From: Antedon mediterranea
Taxonomy: Eukaryota > Animalia > Echinodermata
DNA length: 64,000 bases
NCBI RefSeq assembly: GCF_964355755.1
Contig: NC_092670.1
Coordinates: 6,748,201-6,812,200, forward strand
Direction: 5' to 3'
Below the pieces are notes generated by a model. The model had not been told where the DNA came from, did not search any database, and worked only from the letters and a program-made list of their open reading frames with translations. Shown here piece by piece: positions 48,011 to 60,755 of the stretch. Position numbers and translations under genes: made by a program. Position 1 is the stretch's first letter. Each line of letters starts with the position of its first letter.

Positions 48011-50343
48011 CACACTTAAAACTAAAGGTGCAATAAAAGGTGCAAACCTATAAAAGGGTGCTAATTTGCGCCTTTTTCTCATAAAATGGTGCAGAGTTCA
48101 TAAAAGGTTTATTTTTGCACCTTTTATATCGAAAAATGCAGACAAGTATAAAAAGGTGCAGAACTGCACCGCAAAGGCCCAAGTAGGCCATGGTGACTGT
48201 GTGACAAATAAGACCTATTAGATTAATGAACGCTTCTTGATATGTTTAACTTAGGGCTTCTAAAAGCTTAAAAGGTGATGATAAGGACAATTTTTTTAGA
48301 ATGACATTATTGTGGTAAGTTAAAACAAAAATAAGAAAGATTAATAATAATATAGATAGGTTTGTGGGGACAGCTATCGGAATTCGAACAAATCTTTTTT
48401 TTACGGAACATTAGAAAGTCGCTGGCTTGTAACTGAAAATTAAAGTTTAATACCTTTAACATGATAAATTCAAAGGTTCAACTGGGCACCCTATAAGGTT
48501 TAACATCAGTTAAAAGGTGCATAATAGCACCTTTTTGTACAATTTTTGTACAATTTTCGTACCGTATGCGCACGCAAGATGTCTGTAAACAATTGTTAAA
48601 ATATTGAATTTCAGAGGTTATTTACTCTGGTTTGCTTAAGTCTAGAATAAGTAAACTTTTCTTTCATATTTAACAATATTATTAGAATATCTAATATCAT
48701 AATGTAGGCATCTGTTCTAAATTTATTTGAAACAGGAATTGAACAATAATTTTAAGCGCGTGCGGTTGTTAAACATGCAGTTTCAATTGAGTTTGCGCCC
48801 AAAAAATCAGGCTATAAAATTAAACTAGGGCCTAGGCTAGGCCTAGCTCCCACACCTCTCCAGTGTAGGATAGCTGTTAAAAGTAAGTAACGAAGCTTTA
48901 TAGGCATGTAGTTTGGTTGTTTTTATTAGATTAATTATTGTATAGGCCTATAAGCCTAGGCTAGGCCTAAAACTTAAAAATGATAGCTAAATAAATAAAT
49001 ATGGCTAGCTAGAGGCCTCCTACCTAGCCTATCTAGGCGGCCTCTATTAGGCCTAGGCTAGGTTAAGCCTAAAGTAGGCAGTCTAGAGGCCTACTTAGCC
49101 TACAGTAGCCTTTCGGGCGGGGGCTAGTCCTAGACCAGGCCTAGCTAGCCTACTTACCTGGGTCTAGCTAGTAGGTTAGGCATAATAGGCTAGCTATGCC
49201 TAGGTTACTAGGTAGGCCTAGACCTTAAACTTAATTAAAAGCAGTCCTAGGCCTAGCTAGCCGGCTAGGCCTATAATTAATAATAGGCCTAGCTAGGCAG
49301 GCCAGGGGCCTAGTTATTAATATTAGTTATTACAGTAGCTGGGTATTATTAGGTCTAGGCCTATATTAAATTCTTATACACATTATCATTATTTTTAATT
49401 ATAGTTACAGCCTACATGATGTCATGGAGGGATAAAATAAGTTTAAAACATGAAAGAGCACCTCTGCTCTAATCAGCAGCAAAAAAGATGTTCAGAAAAG
49501 GAGAAAGAAATGTGACCACATGTACTCTAATACTCTAGTATATAGGGCCTACTATACTACGAGCTGAGGAAAGGGAGAGGAACATACTTTAAAGTATGTG
49601 AAGCATGTGGTCAAGGTAATTTTACTTTAAAAATCAGAACAATGTCAATAATGTATTGTATGATGTTGTCATATTAATGATAATATTAATATAATAGTTT
49701 CCCTTCCTATTTCATGCTTTTTAGGAAAGTACATAATCAGGTGAAAATGTTCGGAAAAGGTGAACCAGACATCAAGAACACTGTTTCAGATATATGGGGA
49801 TACGAAGAGAATACTGCCAAAGATGTCATCATTAGATAATTTTAACAATAGGCCTATTGTTGGTTTGAGAAGAGATGGCCACACTCTATTTAAGGTGCAG
49901 AGACTGGTAATTGCCATCCATTAATTCAGCAGTTGAATTGAATAATGTAATGTTTTAAAGTTGAATAAAATTATACAAAGCTTAATCAATATTTTTTGTA
50001 TTTTAGTGATTTTTATTTGTGCACCTTTTTAACAGAAATTGGAATCTTAGAGGAGCATTATTGAACCTTTTATTAGGGTGTAAAGTTGCACCTTTATTTA
50101 GAGGTTGAATTTTGCTCCTTTGGGGAGCTGCTATTGTTGCATTTAGTTTGCACCTTTTAGGGTAGAAAATTACACCTTATATGGTGCAAATGTGAACTCC
50201 AAAGGAGCATTATAGCACCCTTTATCAGGGTTCAAAATTGCACCTTCCGTCAAAGGTGCAGTTGTGCACCTTAAAGGGAGCTGCTATTGTTGCATCGGTT
50301 TGCACCTTTTTAGGTAGAGATTTGCACCTTTTTTTTTAGTGTG
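48011..50343. mobile_element. Second EnSpm/CACTA-like non-autonomous element (2.3 kb)
   Basis: Termini CACACTTAAAA...TTTTTAGTGTG; 2-bp TSD CA confirmed by the intact opposite foldback arm; inverted subterminal AAAGGTGCA/TGCACCTTT arrays. Confidence 0.82.
48825..49365. repeat. Irregular low-complexity tract built from TAGGCCTA/CTAG/TAGCC words
   Basis: Nine exact TAGGCCTA plus many variants, no fixed period. Confidence 0.85.
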
Positions 50344-51787
50344 CAGAATGTTGCAAATACCTACCAAACGATAGTAGATAATGGTTAATTAATTATGAAA
50401 ACCCAAATTTGATAGCAAAAATCATCCGAATTTATGTTATAAACGATGAATTTAGCAACAAAAACTTAATCCAAACGAGCGTATTTATGGCACGCCCTTA
50501 GTGCCTTTAATAGGAGAACAATGAACATTCTTACTTTGATCGTTTTACATAATATAATTTTTTAGAAAAACATCACATCAACCGAAAACAAAGGTAATCA
50601 GAGCTTTTGATAATATATTAAATATGATTTTATTAAGCATAGAAATGTGTTATTATTTATGTTAGTACATAAATATACGAAATAATGTTCAATACTCATT
50701 ATTTTATTAAAGGCACTATATGCGTGCGATATTCTATGACTTGGATACTCTCGTTTGATTTAAGTTTTTGTGGCTAAACTCATCGTTTTTAACATAAATT
50801 CGGACAATTTTTGCTATAAAAGTTGGGTTTTCATAATTAATTAACAATTATCTACTCTCGTTTGGTAAGTATTGCAACATTCTGAGTCTCGTTTTTGTTT
50901 CCGTTTTGGTGTTTTGTAGGACCGCGCTCGCGAAAGACAACAGTCGTTCACGTGGGAAGGGCCGTATGTCATCGCCTTTGTTGAGGATAAAAATTATCCT
51001 AGTTTAGGCGATCGGGCGCTGCACGACCCTCCCCATCATGTTCTTGAAGGCGCCATGAGAATTAATTTTATTAGCGATGTAAGTAGGCTTTACAAAAAAC
51101 AAAACTTGTAGACATGGAGACAACATTTTATTTTTTTAACATGTTTGAGTGAGATGTTCGGCGATATAATACACACGTGTGTACTCACGACGTCGATGTA
51201 AACAAACAGCCAACTTCTACTTCCGTCTGAGTGTATTGCATTTTGGGTAATGATGACGTTTTGCTCGACGACCACCCATAGATTTAACCGGTTATTTCGG
51301 AGCACAAATTGAGCAGAAACGCGGTCTTGTTATTGTTATCTATTTTTAATCTATTTTAAAATAACCGGTTAAATTGCGTTATGCAGCAGAAACAGACCCT
51401 ATATGTTTATATTGGTTCTTTTTTTTCAGCATGGATTTAATAGATGATAACAGTTCAGCAGTTCTGCTGAAGAAATCAAAACTTGTTTGATTGAGTGTGC
51501 GGGAATCCCAATCTAGTTTTATTTTTAGATATTCACTAAGCTATTATATTTTGCTCTTTTATTCTTTATTTTAAAAAAAAATGGAATGTTATAATTGTTT
51601 TAACATAGTCTGGTAAATTTCTTGTATATTTTTCAGAATCTGACCACATATTATAATGGTAATAGGCCTAACCTATATTTAAAAAAAATTAAATAATGCA
51701 TTGGAAAACAATTATTGTTGTTATATTATTATAGGCCTATAGTAAAACTAACACTTAAAACAAATAGACTATTGTTATTATCTATTA

Positions 51788-54655
51788 TTGTTTCAATATG
51801 TCTTTTTAAAATAAAAAATAAATAATGTATGTTTATTTAAAAACAACAAAATTATACAATTAATAAAACATCAATAATAACAGTACACTCCAAATAAAAA
51901 GACCATTGTCTCAATGAAGTTCTACCTAGTCAGCCTCATGAGGTCTTAGGGCAACTGAAGGCTTCTAGTGGAGTGTAGTTGTTTCAATATGTCTTTTAAA
52001 ATACTACAAATTAATAATGTATGTTTATTTAAAAACAACAAAATTATACAATTAATAAAAGATCAATAATAACAGTACACTCTAAATAAATAGACTATTG
52101 TCTCAATGAAGTTCTACCTAGTCAGCCTCATGAGGTCTTAAGGCAACTGCATGCTTCTAGTGGAGTGTAGTTGTTTCAATATGTCTTTTAAAATACTACA
52201 AATTAATAATGTATGTTTATTTAAAAACAACAAAATTATACAATTAATAAAAGATCAATAATAACAGTACACTCTAAATAAATAGACTATTGTCTCAATG
52301 AAGTTCTACCTAGTCAGCCTCATGAGGTCTTAAGGCAACTGCATGCTTCTAGTGGAGTGTAGTTGTTTCAATATGTCTTTTAAAATACTACAAATTAATA
52401 ATGTATGTTTATTTAAAAACAACAAAATTATACAATTAATAAAAGATCAATAATAACAGTACACTCTAAATAAATAGACTTGTCTCAATGAAGTTCTACC
52501 TAGTCAGCCTCATGAGGTCTTAAGGCAACTGCATGCTTCTAGTGGAGTGTAGTTGTTTCAATATGTCTTTTAAAATACTACAAATTAATAATGTATGTTT
52601 ATTTAAAAACAACAAAATTATACAATTATTAAAATATCAATAATAACAGTACACTCCAAATAAAAAGACTATTGTCTCAATGAAGTTCTAACTAGTCAGC
52701 CTCATTAGGTCTTAGGGCAACTGAAGGCTTCTAGTGGAGTGTAGTTGTTTCAATATGTCTTTTTAAAATAAAAAATAAATAATGTATGTTTATTTAAAAA
52801 CAACAAAATTATACAATTAATAAAACATCAATAATAACAGTACACTCCAAATAAATAGACTATTGTCTCAATGAAGTTCTAACTAGTCAGCCTCATGAGG
52901 TCTTAGGGCAACTGAAGGCTTTTAGTGGAGTGTAGTTGTTTCAATATGTCTTTTTAAAATAAAAAATAAATAATGTATGTTTATTTAAAAACAACAAAAT
53001 TATACAATTAATAAAACATCAATAATAACAGTACACTCCAAATAAATAGACTATTGTCTCAATGAAGTTCTAACTAGTCAGCCTCATGAGGTCTTATGGC
53101 AACTGAAGGCTTCTAGTGGAGTGTAGTTGTTTCAATATGTCTTTTTAAAATAAATAATGTATGTTTATTTAAAAACAACAAAATTATACAATTATTAAAA
53201 TATCAATGATAACAGTACACTCTTATAAATAGACGATTGTCTCAATGAAGTTCTAACTAGTCAGCCTCATGAGGTCTTAGGGCAACTGCAGGCTTCTAGT
53301 GGAGTGTAGTTGTTTCAATATGTCTTTAAATTTAAAAATAAATAATGTATATTTATTTAAAAACAACAAAATTATACAATTATTAAAATATCAATAAAAA
53401 CAGTACACTCTAAATAAATAGACTATTGTCTCAATGAAGTTCTAACTAGTCAGCCTCATGAGGTCTTAGGGCAACTGCGGGCTTTTAGTGGAGTGTAGTT
53501 GTTTCAATATGTCTTAAAATTTAAAATAAACAATGCTTCATTTAAAATCAACAAAAGTATACAATTATTAAAAGATCAATAATAACAGTACACTCCAAAT
53601 AAATAGACTATTGTCTCAATGAAGTTCTACCTAGTCAGCCTCATGAGGTCTTATGGCAACTGAAGGCTTCTAGTGGAGTGTAGTTGTTTCAATATGTCTT
53701 TAAATTTAAAAATAAATAATGTATGTTTATTTAAAAACAACAAAATTATAAAATTATTGAAATATCAATAATAACAGTACACTCTAAATAAATAGACTAT
53801 TGTCTCAATGAAGTTCTAACTAGACAGCCTCATGAGGTCTTAGGGCAACTGAAGGCTTCTAGTGGAGTGTAGTTGTTTCAATATGTCTTTAAATTTAAAA
53901 ATAAATAATGTATGTTTATTTAAAAACAACAAAATTATACAATTATTAAAATATCAATAATAACAGTACACTCTAAATAAATAGACTATTGTCTCAATGA
54001 AGTTCTAACTAGTCAGCCTCATGAGGTCTTAGGGCAACTGCATGCTTCTAGTGGAGTGTAGTTGTTTCAATATGTCTTTAAATTAAAAAATAAATAATGT
54101 ATGTTTTTTTAAAAACAACAAAATTATAAAATTATTAAAATATCAATAATAACAGTACACTCTAAATAAATAGACTATTGTCTCAATGAAGTTCTAACTA
54201 GTCAGCCTCATGAGGTCTTAGGGCAACTGCAGGCTTTTAGTGGAGTGTGGTTGTTTCAATATTATGTCTTTTTAAAATAAAAAATAAATAATGTATGTTT
54301 ATTTAAAGAATTATTAAAATATCAATAATAACAGTACACTCCAAATAAATAGACTATTTTCTTAATGAAGTTCTAACTAGACAGCCTCATGAGGTCTTAG
54401 GGTAACTGCAGGCTTCTAGTGGAGTGTAGTTGTTTCAATATGTCTTTTTAAAATAAAAAATAAATAATGTATGTTTATTTAAAAACAACAAATTTATACA
54501 ATTATTAAAATATCAATAATAACAGCACACTCCAAATAAATAGACTATTGTCTCAATGAAGTTCTAACTAGTCAGCCTCATGAGGTCTTAGGGCAACTGC
54601 GGGCTTTTAGTGGAGTGTAGTTGTTTCAATAAATATGTCTTTTTAAAATAAAAAT
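51788..54655. repeat. Satellite array, about 190-bp unit x 15
   Basis: TAGTGGAGTG marker recurs every 179-192 bp from 51965 to 54607. Confidence 0.95.
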
Positions 54656-55879
54656 TAGTCAAAAAAAATCATATCAGGGATCTAAATTCAGGGATTCGTA
54701 TACAGTAACTGTTTCATGTCAATAAACCTTGGAACAAGGCCTACCTCAATGGAAATAAGACTACAATGGTTATTAAGCTATCGTGACTGATAATGGCATA
54801 AACAATTCAATATGCAATTTTATTGTTTCAAAATAATATTTCTTATATTCTTCTTAGACATCTGATATGAATATTGAGCAACCATCTTTCTTTCTCTAGT
54901 GGAGAAGGAGAAGATGAACATAATTTGTCCACTTTTAGAACTGAAACTGAATGTCCCCTTCCAATATATTCATCTAGAGTCCGTGTATGGCTTGGTAACC
55001 GTATAGAAGATGCTTAGACAAAATTATAGAGGAAACATTAGAACTAAAATTTTTTTTTTATTTTATCCCATTATTTATTGCAGGTAATTGCAGAATTTGA
55101 ACAATGCTGTTTTGTATACGGTTGTCAATAAATTAATAAACCAGATTATGTTTAATATTCATTACTTTTTCTCTTGCAGGAGGACATTGATCAAGACATA
55201 GAACCACCAAGGCAGAATACCACAGGGAAACGGATAGAATCATGCATTCTCTGCAATGACATTTTTTTTTTAAAGTCAAAGGGCAGTTATCTGATGCTAT
55301 ATGTTGATTGGCAATTTATTATGTTTTCGATTACATTATCCGACACAGTATCTCAAATATTAGGTATTTTTCAATACTGGATTTTAAAGGATAAAAAAAT
55401 ACATTATTTCAATTCACAGCTTTCCATAATGTCAACACAATGTTGGAAGCTGTATATTAAACTCAACTGCCTTATTAATTGAATTTATAGTTAATATAAT
55501 ATACAGTTGTATTATCATACAATGTATCTTTCATGTTATTATCAAAAGGTAATATTTCAGTTTATATTGGTAGACATGAATAAATAATTTAAATATTTTG
55601 ATTAAAATATCATATTCGTCCGTTGTGTTTTTAATTAATGATGTCAATCTGATACGCATAAAGGCCAATAGGAGTTTAAGGTAACAACAAAATAAGTGAT
55701 TATTGGCTATGAAAAAGTGTTAATGCAGAGCATGAAAACCCAGAGATATAAAGAATACAGTATATTCTTATAAACACCACAGCAAAAAACACCACATTTG
55801 TAAGCCCATGTTTGCTAAATATTTCAAGTAAGCATGTATTCTTAATTGTATACCACAGGAAATACATTGCTAAGCTCGT

Positions 55880-56290
55880 CTATGCTAAACGCAAAACGGT
55901 CTAAACACTTGCATTTAAGCACAAATGATATTCCAAACACTTTAGAGTTAAAACACTATACTTTTTCCAAGCACTTCTGTGCTAAACGCAAAACGGGCTA
56001 AACACTTGAAAGATAAGCATATTTTTCTTCTAAACACTACATCAAAAACACTACCATTTTCTAAACACAGAACGAGCTAAACACAGAAAAGGCTAAACAC
56101 TTGAAAGATAAGCATATTTTTCTTCTAAACACTACATCAAAAACACTAAGATTTTCTAAACACAGAACGAGCTAAACACAGAAAAGGCTAAACACTTGAA
56201 AGATAAGCATATTTTTCTTCTAAACACCAAAGTTAAAACACAAAACGAAACTAAACACATTAGTGCTAAACACTAAATAAGCCTAAGCAC
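55880..56290. repeat. Right subterminal tandem repeat, about 95 bp x 4
   Basis: GCTAAACACTTG at 55997, 56092, 56187. Confidence 0.85.
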
Positions 56291-58075
56291 ATAGAATGCT
56301 AAACATGTTTAGCATTCTATGTGTCTCCAAAGTGACTACAAGAATTGTGTTTAGCATTGTGTTTATAGTTTTTACAGTGTATATTCTAAAATACACCGTA
56401 CAATCACCTTCCCCTTCATAATACGTCATTAAAATATCTAAAGCAATTTAACTTCGAATTTCAGTGTATGATTTTGTTTTAATTTTAAGAATTGCATACT
56501 CGGATCGTTTGCATTTTGTAGTAATCGCGTGAACGTTGTTTTTATGTTGGTTTTTTTAATAATTATTATTCGATTTATGCTGGTACCGTTTCGTACTTTT
56601 GTTATTTTTGTAATCGTTTACGTTGCTGTTTTTGTGCTGTTGATATTTCCGATTTTGTTTTGTAGTCATTTTGTACTTGTCTCGTTTGTTACACCTGAAA
56701 TAAATTTAGCGCCGCGGGTAACTAACCAATCGTTGCATTGTATGTAAATGATCACGTATTAAGCCAGCTACACTGCACGTGAAACATGTCACCGTACATG
56801 TACGCAAATTACAGACACGAATCTTCTTTTTTCGTATTGGAAACGAAACATTATAAGAAGTTTACATCTACTGAAGGTGAGAGTTCATGATTTGTTTGTG
56901 CAATGATGTGATGTTGCAATCAATCGTAGGGTGATGATTAGGGATACATTACCAGTGTCTAAATCGTACTCGACTTGTTAACCTTGTATCTCCTAAATCG
57001 CCTACAACTAATAAACCAGTTCAGCGGTGAGCGAATTAAGCGAGTGGTCTCCATCGTCAAACCGGGAAGGGTTCGAGGTCCACTCGCTTGCTTCATGGTT
57101 CTGGTAGTAAAGTTTTCTCGGACAAGGACTAAACTATAGGTCTCTATTTGCACGCACAATGTTCGCTGCACAAAATAACATAGTACATTTTTCAAAACGA
57201 GTATTTAACTAGCTACTGTAGTGCTAGTCTACATGCAGCCACTGTCGTGGACAGAGGCAATGATGTCATAAGGACAGCATAAATAAAGAAAAACACACCC
57301 TAAGGCTATATAGAGTTTGCTTTGGTGGAGTAATAGAAAAACTTTAAATTGGAAGAAAATTGATAATTTAAATTGATAATAATAAATAAGAAAGCTCTTC
57401 CTGGTCTTCATTAAATAAAGAATAAATTGTATCATTATCTAAATGCAAACAATCAATTATGTGTATAAATACATAATTGCTCCCCTTTGATTATTATAAT
57501 GTTGTAAGTAACCAAACATTTTAGAAAATGGATGTGTTAGAATCACAGAAATTAAGATATGATTCAAATTAAATAGCAATCGGGTAAAAACTAAACTGGA
57601 TCTATTTCAACACAAAATTACTTTGGCAGGTCTACTGATATTCTTCAGGTTTGAAGAAAATACTGACTAAAAACAGATTTGTGGAATAAATTTAATGTTT
57701 TTTTATTACGTCGTAATTGTACTGCATACGGCAGACACAGTAAACTTTTAAATTATCTTATTGGAGAAATGGTAACAAAATATCAAACAGAATGTGCAAA
57801 GGTATAAAACTACATAATAATGTTCAGACATCAATATCTCAATCATTTGAGGTACTGTATAGTGAACTATGAACCACGATGAAAGCTACTTTAAAAACAA
57901 ACAATTCTCGGTACAGTATCTAGATTTCTCCAGTATTATAGAAGGTTTTTTGTAATACAACATCACATTTGTTTTATATGTGTCTCCTAGTATCCTACCA
58001 TGACCTTACCATTTTCATGACACTGAGCATCGAGTATTTAAAAAAGGCATTTGGTAGAATACGTACCTATCGACC

Positions 58076-59001
58076 TAGACTTGCCCCAAGTCTGTATTTA
58101 TTGTCTTTTTTTTATTTATTTGTTTTTATTTCGACCGCGATTTTTGTCTGAAAATACAGACTTGTGAAACACGTATAGAAATCGATTTGAATCCGATAAG
58201 AATGACGTAGGTTATCATACCGTATTTGGCTATATGGGGCGGGCGGTATGTAAATATGGATTTCGAATCAACCAATGATCATTTTGTTTCAAAATGAAAA
58301 AGATCGAGTACGTACGTACAGTGTGCTGAATGTACGATCGAGACTGAACAACTGTTGAAATATAAAATCGTGTTGCCAAGTTGTTTTGTTTATTAATTGT
58401 TCTGGCCTAGGCCTCCTTCGTAGGCGGGTTCGTAGGGCTACTCAACTCGTACTATGACCTTCCAAATAAAACGCCGACCGGCACACAACAGGGCTACACC
58501 ACCACACAGGACAGGACAGGGTCTGGGTGGGAATTAAATAAAATTTTCTCCGCATAATAAATGATCCATTCAATGTTTGATTTGGCGGAGAAGCTAGCCT
58601 ATCATATCACAACGAGTTTTCATGTTCTTGGGAAAAATCTCATCAAATGTTTACCAGACTACTAGGCATATAAAATCATTTTTAGCCTTCAGAAACTTTC
58701 ATCAATGTACCCAAGTACACATTGTCTAAACGTAACATAGCGCATGCGCATCGTCTTAGACGTTGAGTCTTTGAAATTCTGAAATATGAATATTAAAACG
58801 ACGTACGAGTGAGTAGCCAATGGCATGCGGCTGAAACTAGTCAACTGGATAATTTATGCACCAAGAATTCTTGGTGTCAAACCACGTGACTTATGCGTGT
58901 TTCCCCAGACGGAGTATCCAAACTCAAGTAATACACGTATGAAACGCCATATGTGCAAAAATATTTATATTTTTACAAAACTCCGTCTGGAGCCCAGACT
59001 A
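58076..59001. mobile_element. Non-autonomous AcademH-like element, copy 2 (926 bp)
   Basis: Same termini as copy 1; perfect 9-bp TSD CTATCGACC. Confidence 0.85.
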
Positions 59002-59136
59002 CTATCGACCTTGTATTTTCTATTTTATGAAGTTTTCTACAGAATATTCAAAAGAAACTCATTCTAGTGTTACGTGTGACGAGAGTCAGGTGTCACATGC
59101 AAATGAATCCAGTCGCGCGCCGGTGGTCAAATAGAC

Positions 59137-60755
59137 CAGGGGTGGCGCCAGGATCTTCCCGACGCGGGGCTACATTCCTCGACGAGGGGGCTATGCGAGC
59201 GAAGCGAGCATCACGAGGCTGGGGGCCAGGGGGCCGCCAAGGGCCCCCGGTGGGGGTCCAGGGGGCTTCGCCCCCGGAAGCAACGCGTTCTAGCGTCATT
59301 TGAGGTCATTTTAATCAGATTTAGGGTAGCCATTTTTTCCATTTTTTATAATGCATAAATAAAATACTGCGTGCAAAAAAACGATGCGCGATGACTGTTT
59401 CATTCAATCCATATTTTTCAATTTAAAAAATAAAAGTTCAAAGAAAATTTAGAAAAATAGAGTTGGAGGTCCCGGAAATTGGACTTATTATACTTCAAAA
59501 CATGAAACAAAATATATAAGTCCCTATCATGGTTGTGACTGAGCTAAGAAATGTTCGAAAAATAGAGATGTTAGGTCCCGGAAAATGCACTTCTTGTACT
59601 TCGAAATATGACCAGCTTTATTGTTGGGGCTGAGCTAAGAAAATGTTTAAAACTAGAGCAGCAGTTCTTCAAAAAATTGCATTTTATACTTTGGAAACAT
59701 CAGGCCTAGAGGCTTAAAAAACGCAAGCGTAGACATTTTTCAGTCGGGGAAATAAGTTTATTCCTCCCAAGTGTATGCGTGCGTACCATCTGGACTTCCG
59801 GGTGGTGAGAAATTCATGACATACAGGACATTGAAAATGTAATAACTTAGCTATAATAAGATGTTGGCTAAGCGAAAATGGCATGTTTTTTTATTTAGTA
59901 ATGGATGAAAAATTTATTTTAGGTGCCCCACGGTACAGAAGGTTACTTGTAAATTAAACAATTGGTGAACATACGAACAATTAACATAATTTGTTTTTGC
60001 TGTAGTGTAGCGTACGTCGACGCAGTACACGACGTAACCGTCAGTAAACTTCGCCTGGAAAATAACTACAGTACACATTTTGGTCGCTGGATGGAACATG
60101 ATATCACGCGTCTCGACCCAACGTTGAACGATTCGTACAAATAGATACCGCCAGACAAGTGCGAACCTAGCTATTGTTTTCTATAGTAAGTTAGATCGCT
60201 GGCAATAATGAATGCATATAAAGTGCTTAATATCACTCTGACGTACTCTCACGGTCAATGAAACGTCGCGCGGTTTTCTAGGCGCTGAAACTAGCTACGA
60301 AGTGAACGCGAACGTTTTTTACTGTATATTATATTCCCCGACAAAAAGTACCCGTGTTCCCTTCGGTAACCGTCGGTAAACTTCGCCTGGAAAAAAACTA
60401 CATTACACATTTTGGTCCCTGGATGGAACTTGATATCACGCGTCTCGACCCAACGTTGAACGATTCGTACAAAGGGATACCGCCAGACAAGTGCGTACCT
60501 AGCTAATGTTTAGTAGTAAGTTAGATCGCTGGCAATAAATGAATGCATAAAAGTGCATAATAGCCCTCTGACGTACTCTCACGGTCAATGGAACGTCGTG
60601 GTTTTCTAGGCACTGAAGCTATGAAGTGAACGTGAACGTTTTTTACTGTATATTATATTCCCCGGCAAAAAGTACCCGTGTTCCCCGACGGGGGGGCTAG
60701 GCTCCCCGACGAGGGGGCTAGAGCCCCCGTAGCCCCCCCGCTGGCGCCACCACTG
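59137..60755. mobile_element. Non-autonomous hAT (Tip100-like) element, 1.6 kb
   Basis: TIR CAG(G/T)GGTGGCGCCAG; degenerate 8-bp TSD AAATAGAC/AAGTGGAC; subterminal CCCGACGNGGGGGCTA repeats. Confidence 0.8.
60034..60685. repeat. Internal tandem duplication, about 330 bp x 2
   Basis: GTAACCGTC(A/G)GTAAACTTCGCCTGG at 60034 and 60366. Confidence 0.9.

Larger units (their letters stand above)
47961..50923. mobile_element. Foldback (MULE-like) element with about 200-bp TIRs, left arm interrupted
   Basis: 47971-48010 plus 50346-~50510 is the inverse of ~50710-50923; CGCTCGCGAA duplicated at 47951 and 50925; right end appears about 10 nt short. Confidence 0.7.
47463..51399. mobile_element. PIF/Harbinger-superfamily non-autonomous element with nested insertions
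   Basis: 21-bp TIR GGG(C/T)CTGTTTCTGCTGCATAA; TAT on both flanks; subterminal AACCGGTT repeats. Confidence 0.8.
44196..56379. mobile_element. EnSpm/CACTA-like DNA transposon, degenerate, 12.2 kb including nested insertions
   Basis: TIR CACTGTAAAAAC...GTTTTTACAGTG, TA on both flanks, and inverted subterminal arrays of GTGTTTAG/CTAAACAC. No intact transposase seen. Confidence 0.8.

Noticed and set aside
56529-56747. Hydrophobic 72-aa ORF resembling a membrane peptide
   Set aside because: T-rich low-complexity DNA with a GTG start and no splice or homology support.
59067-59303. GC-rich ORFs on both strands / CpG-island promoter
   Set aside because: Explained by the GC-rich left end of the hAT element.
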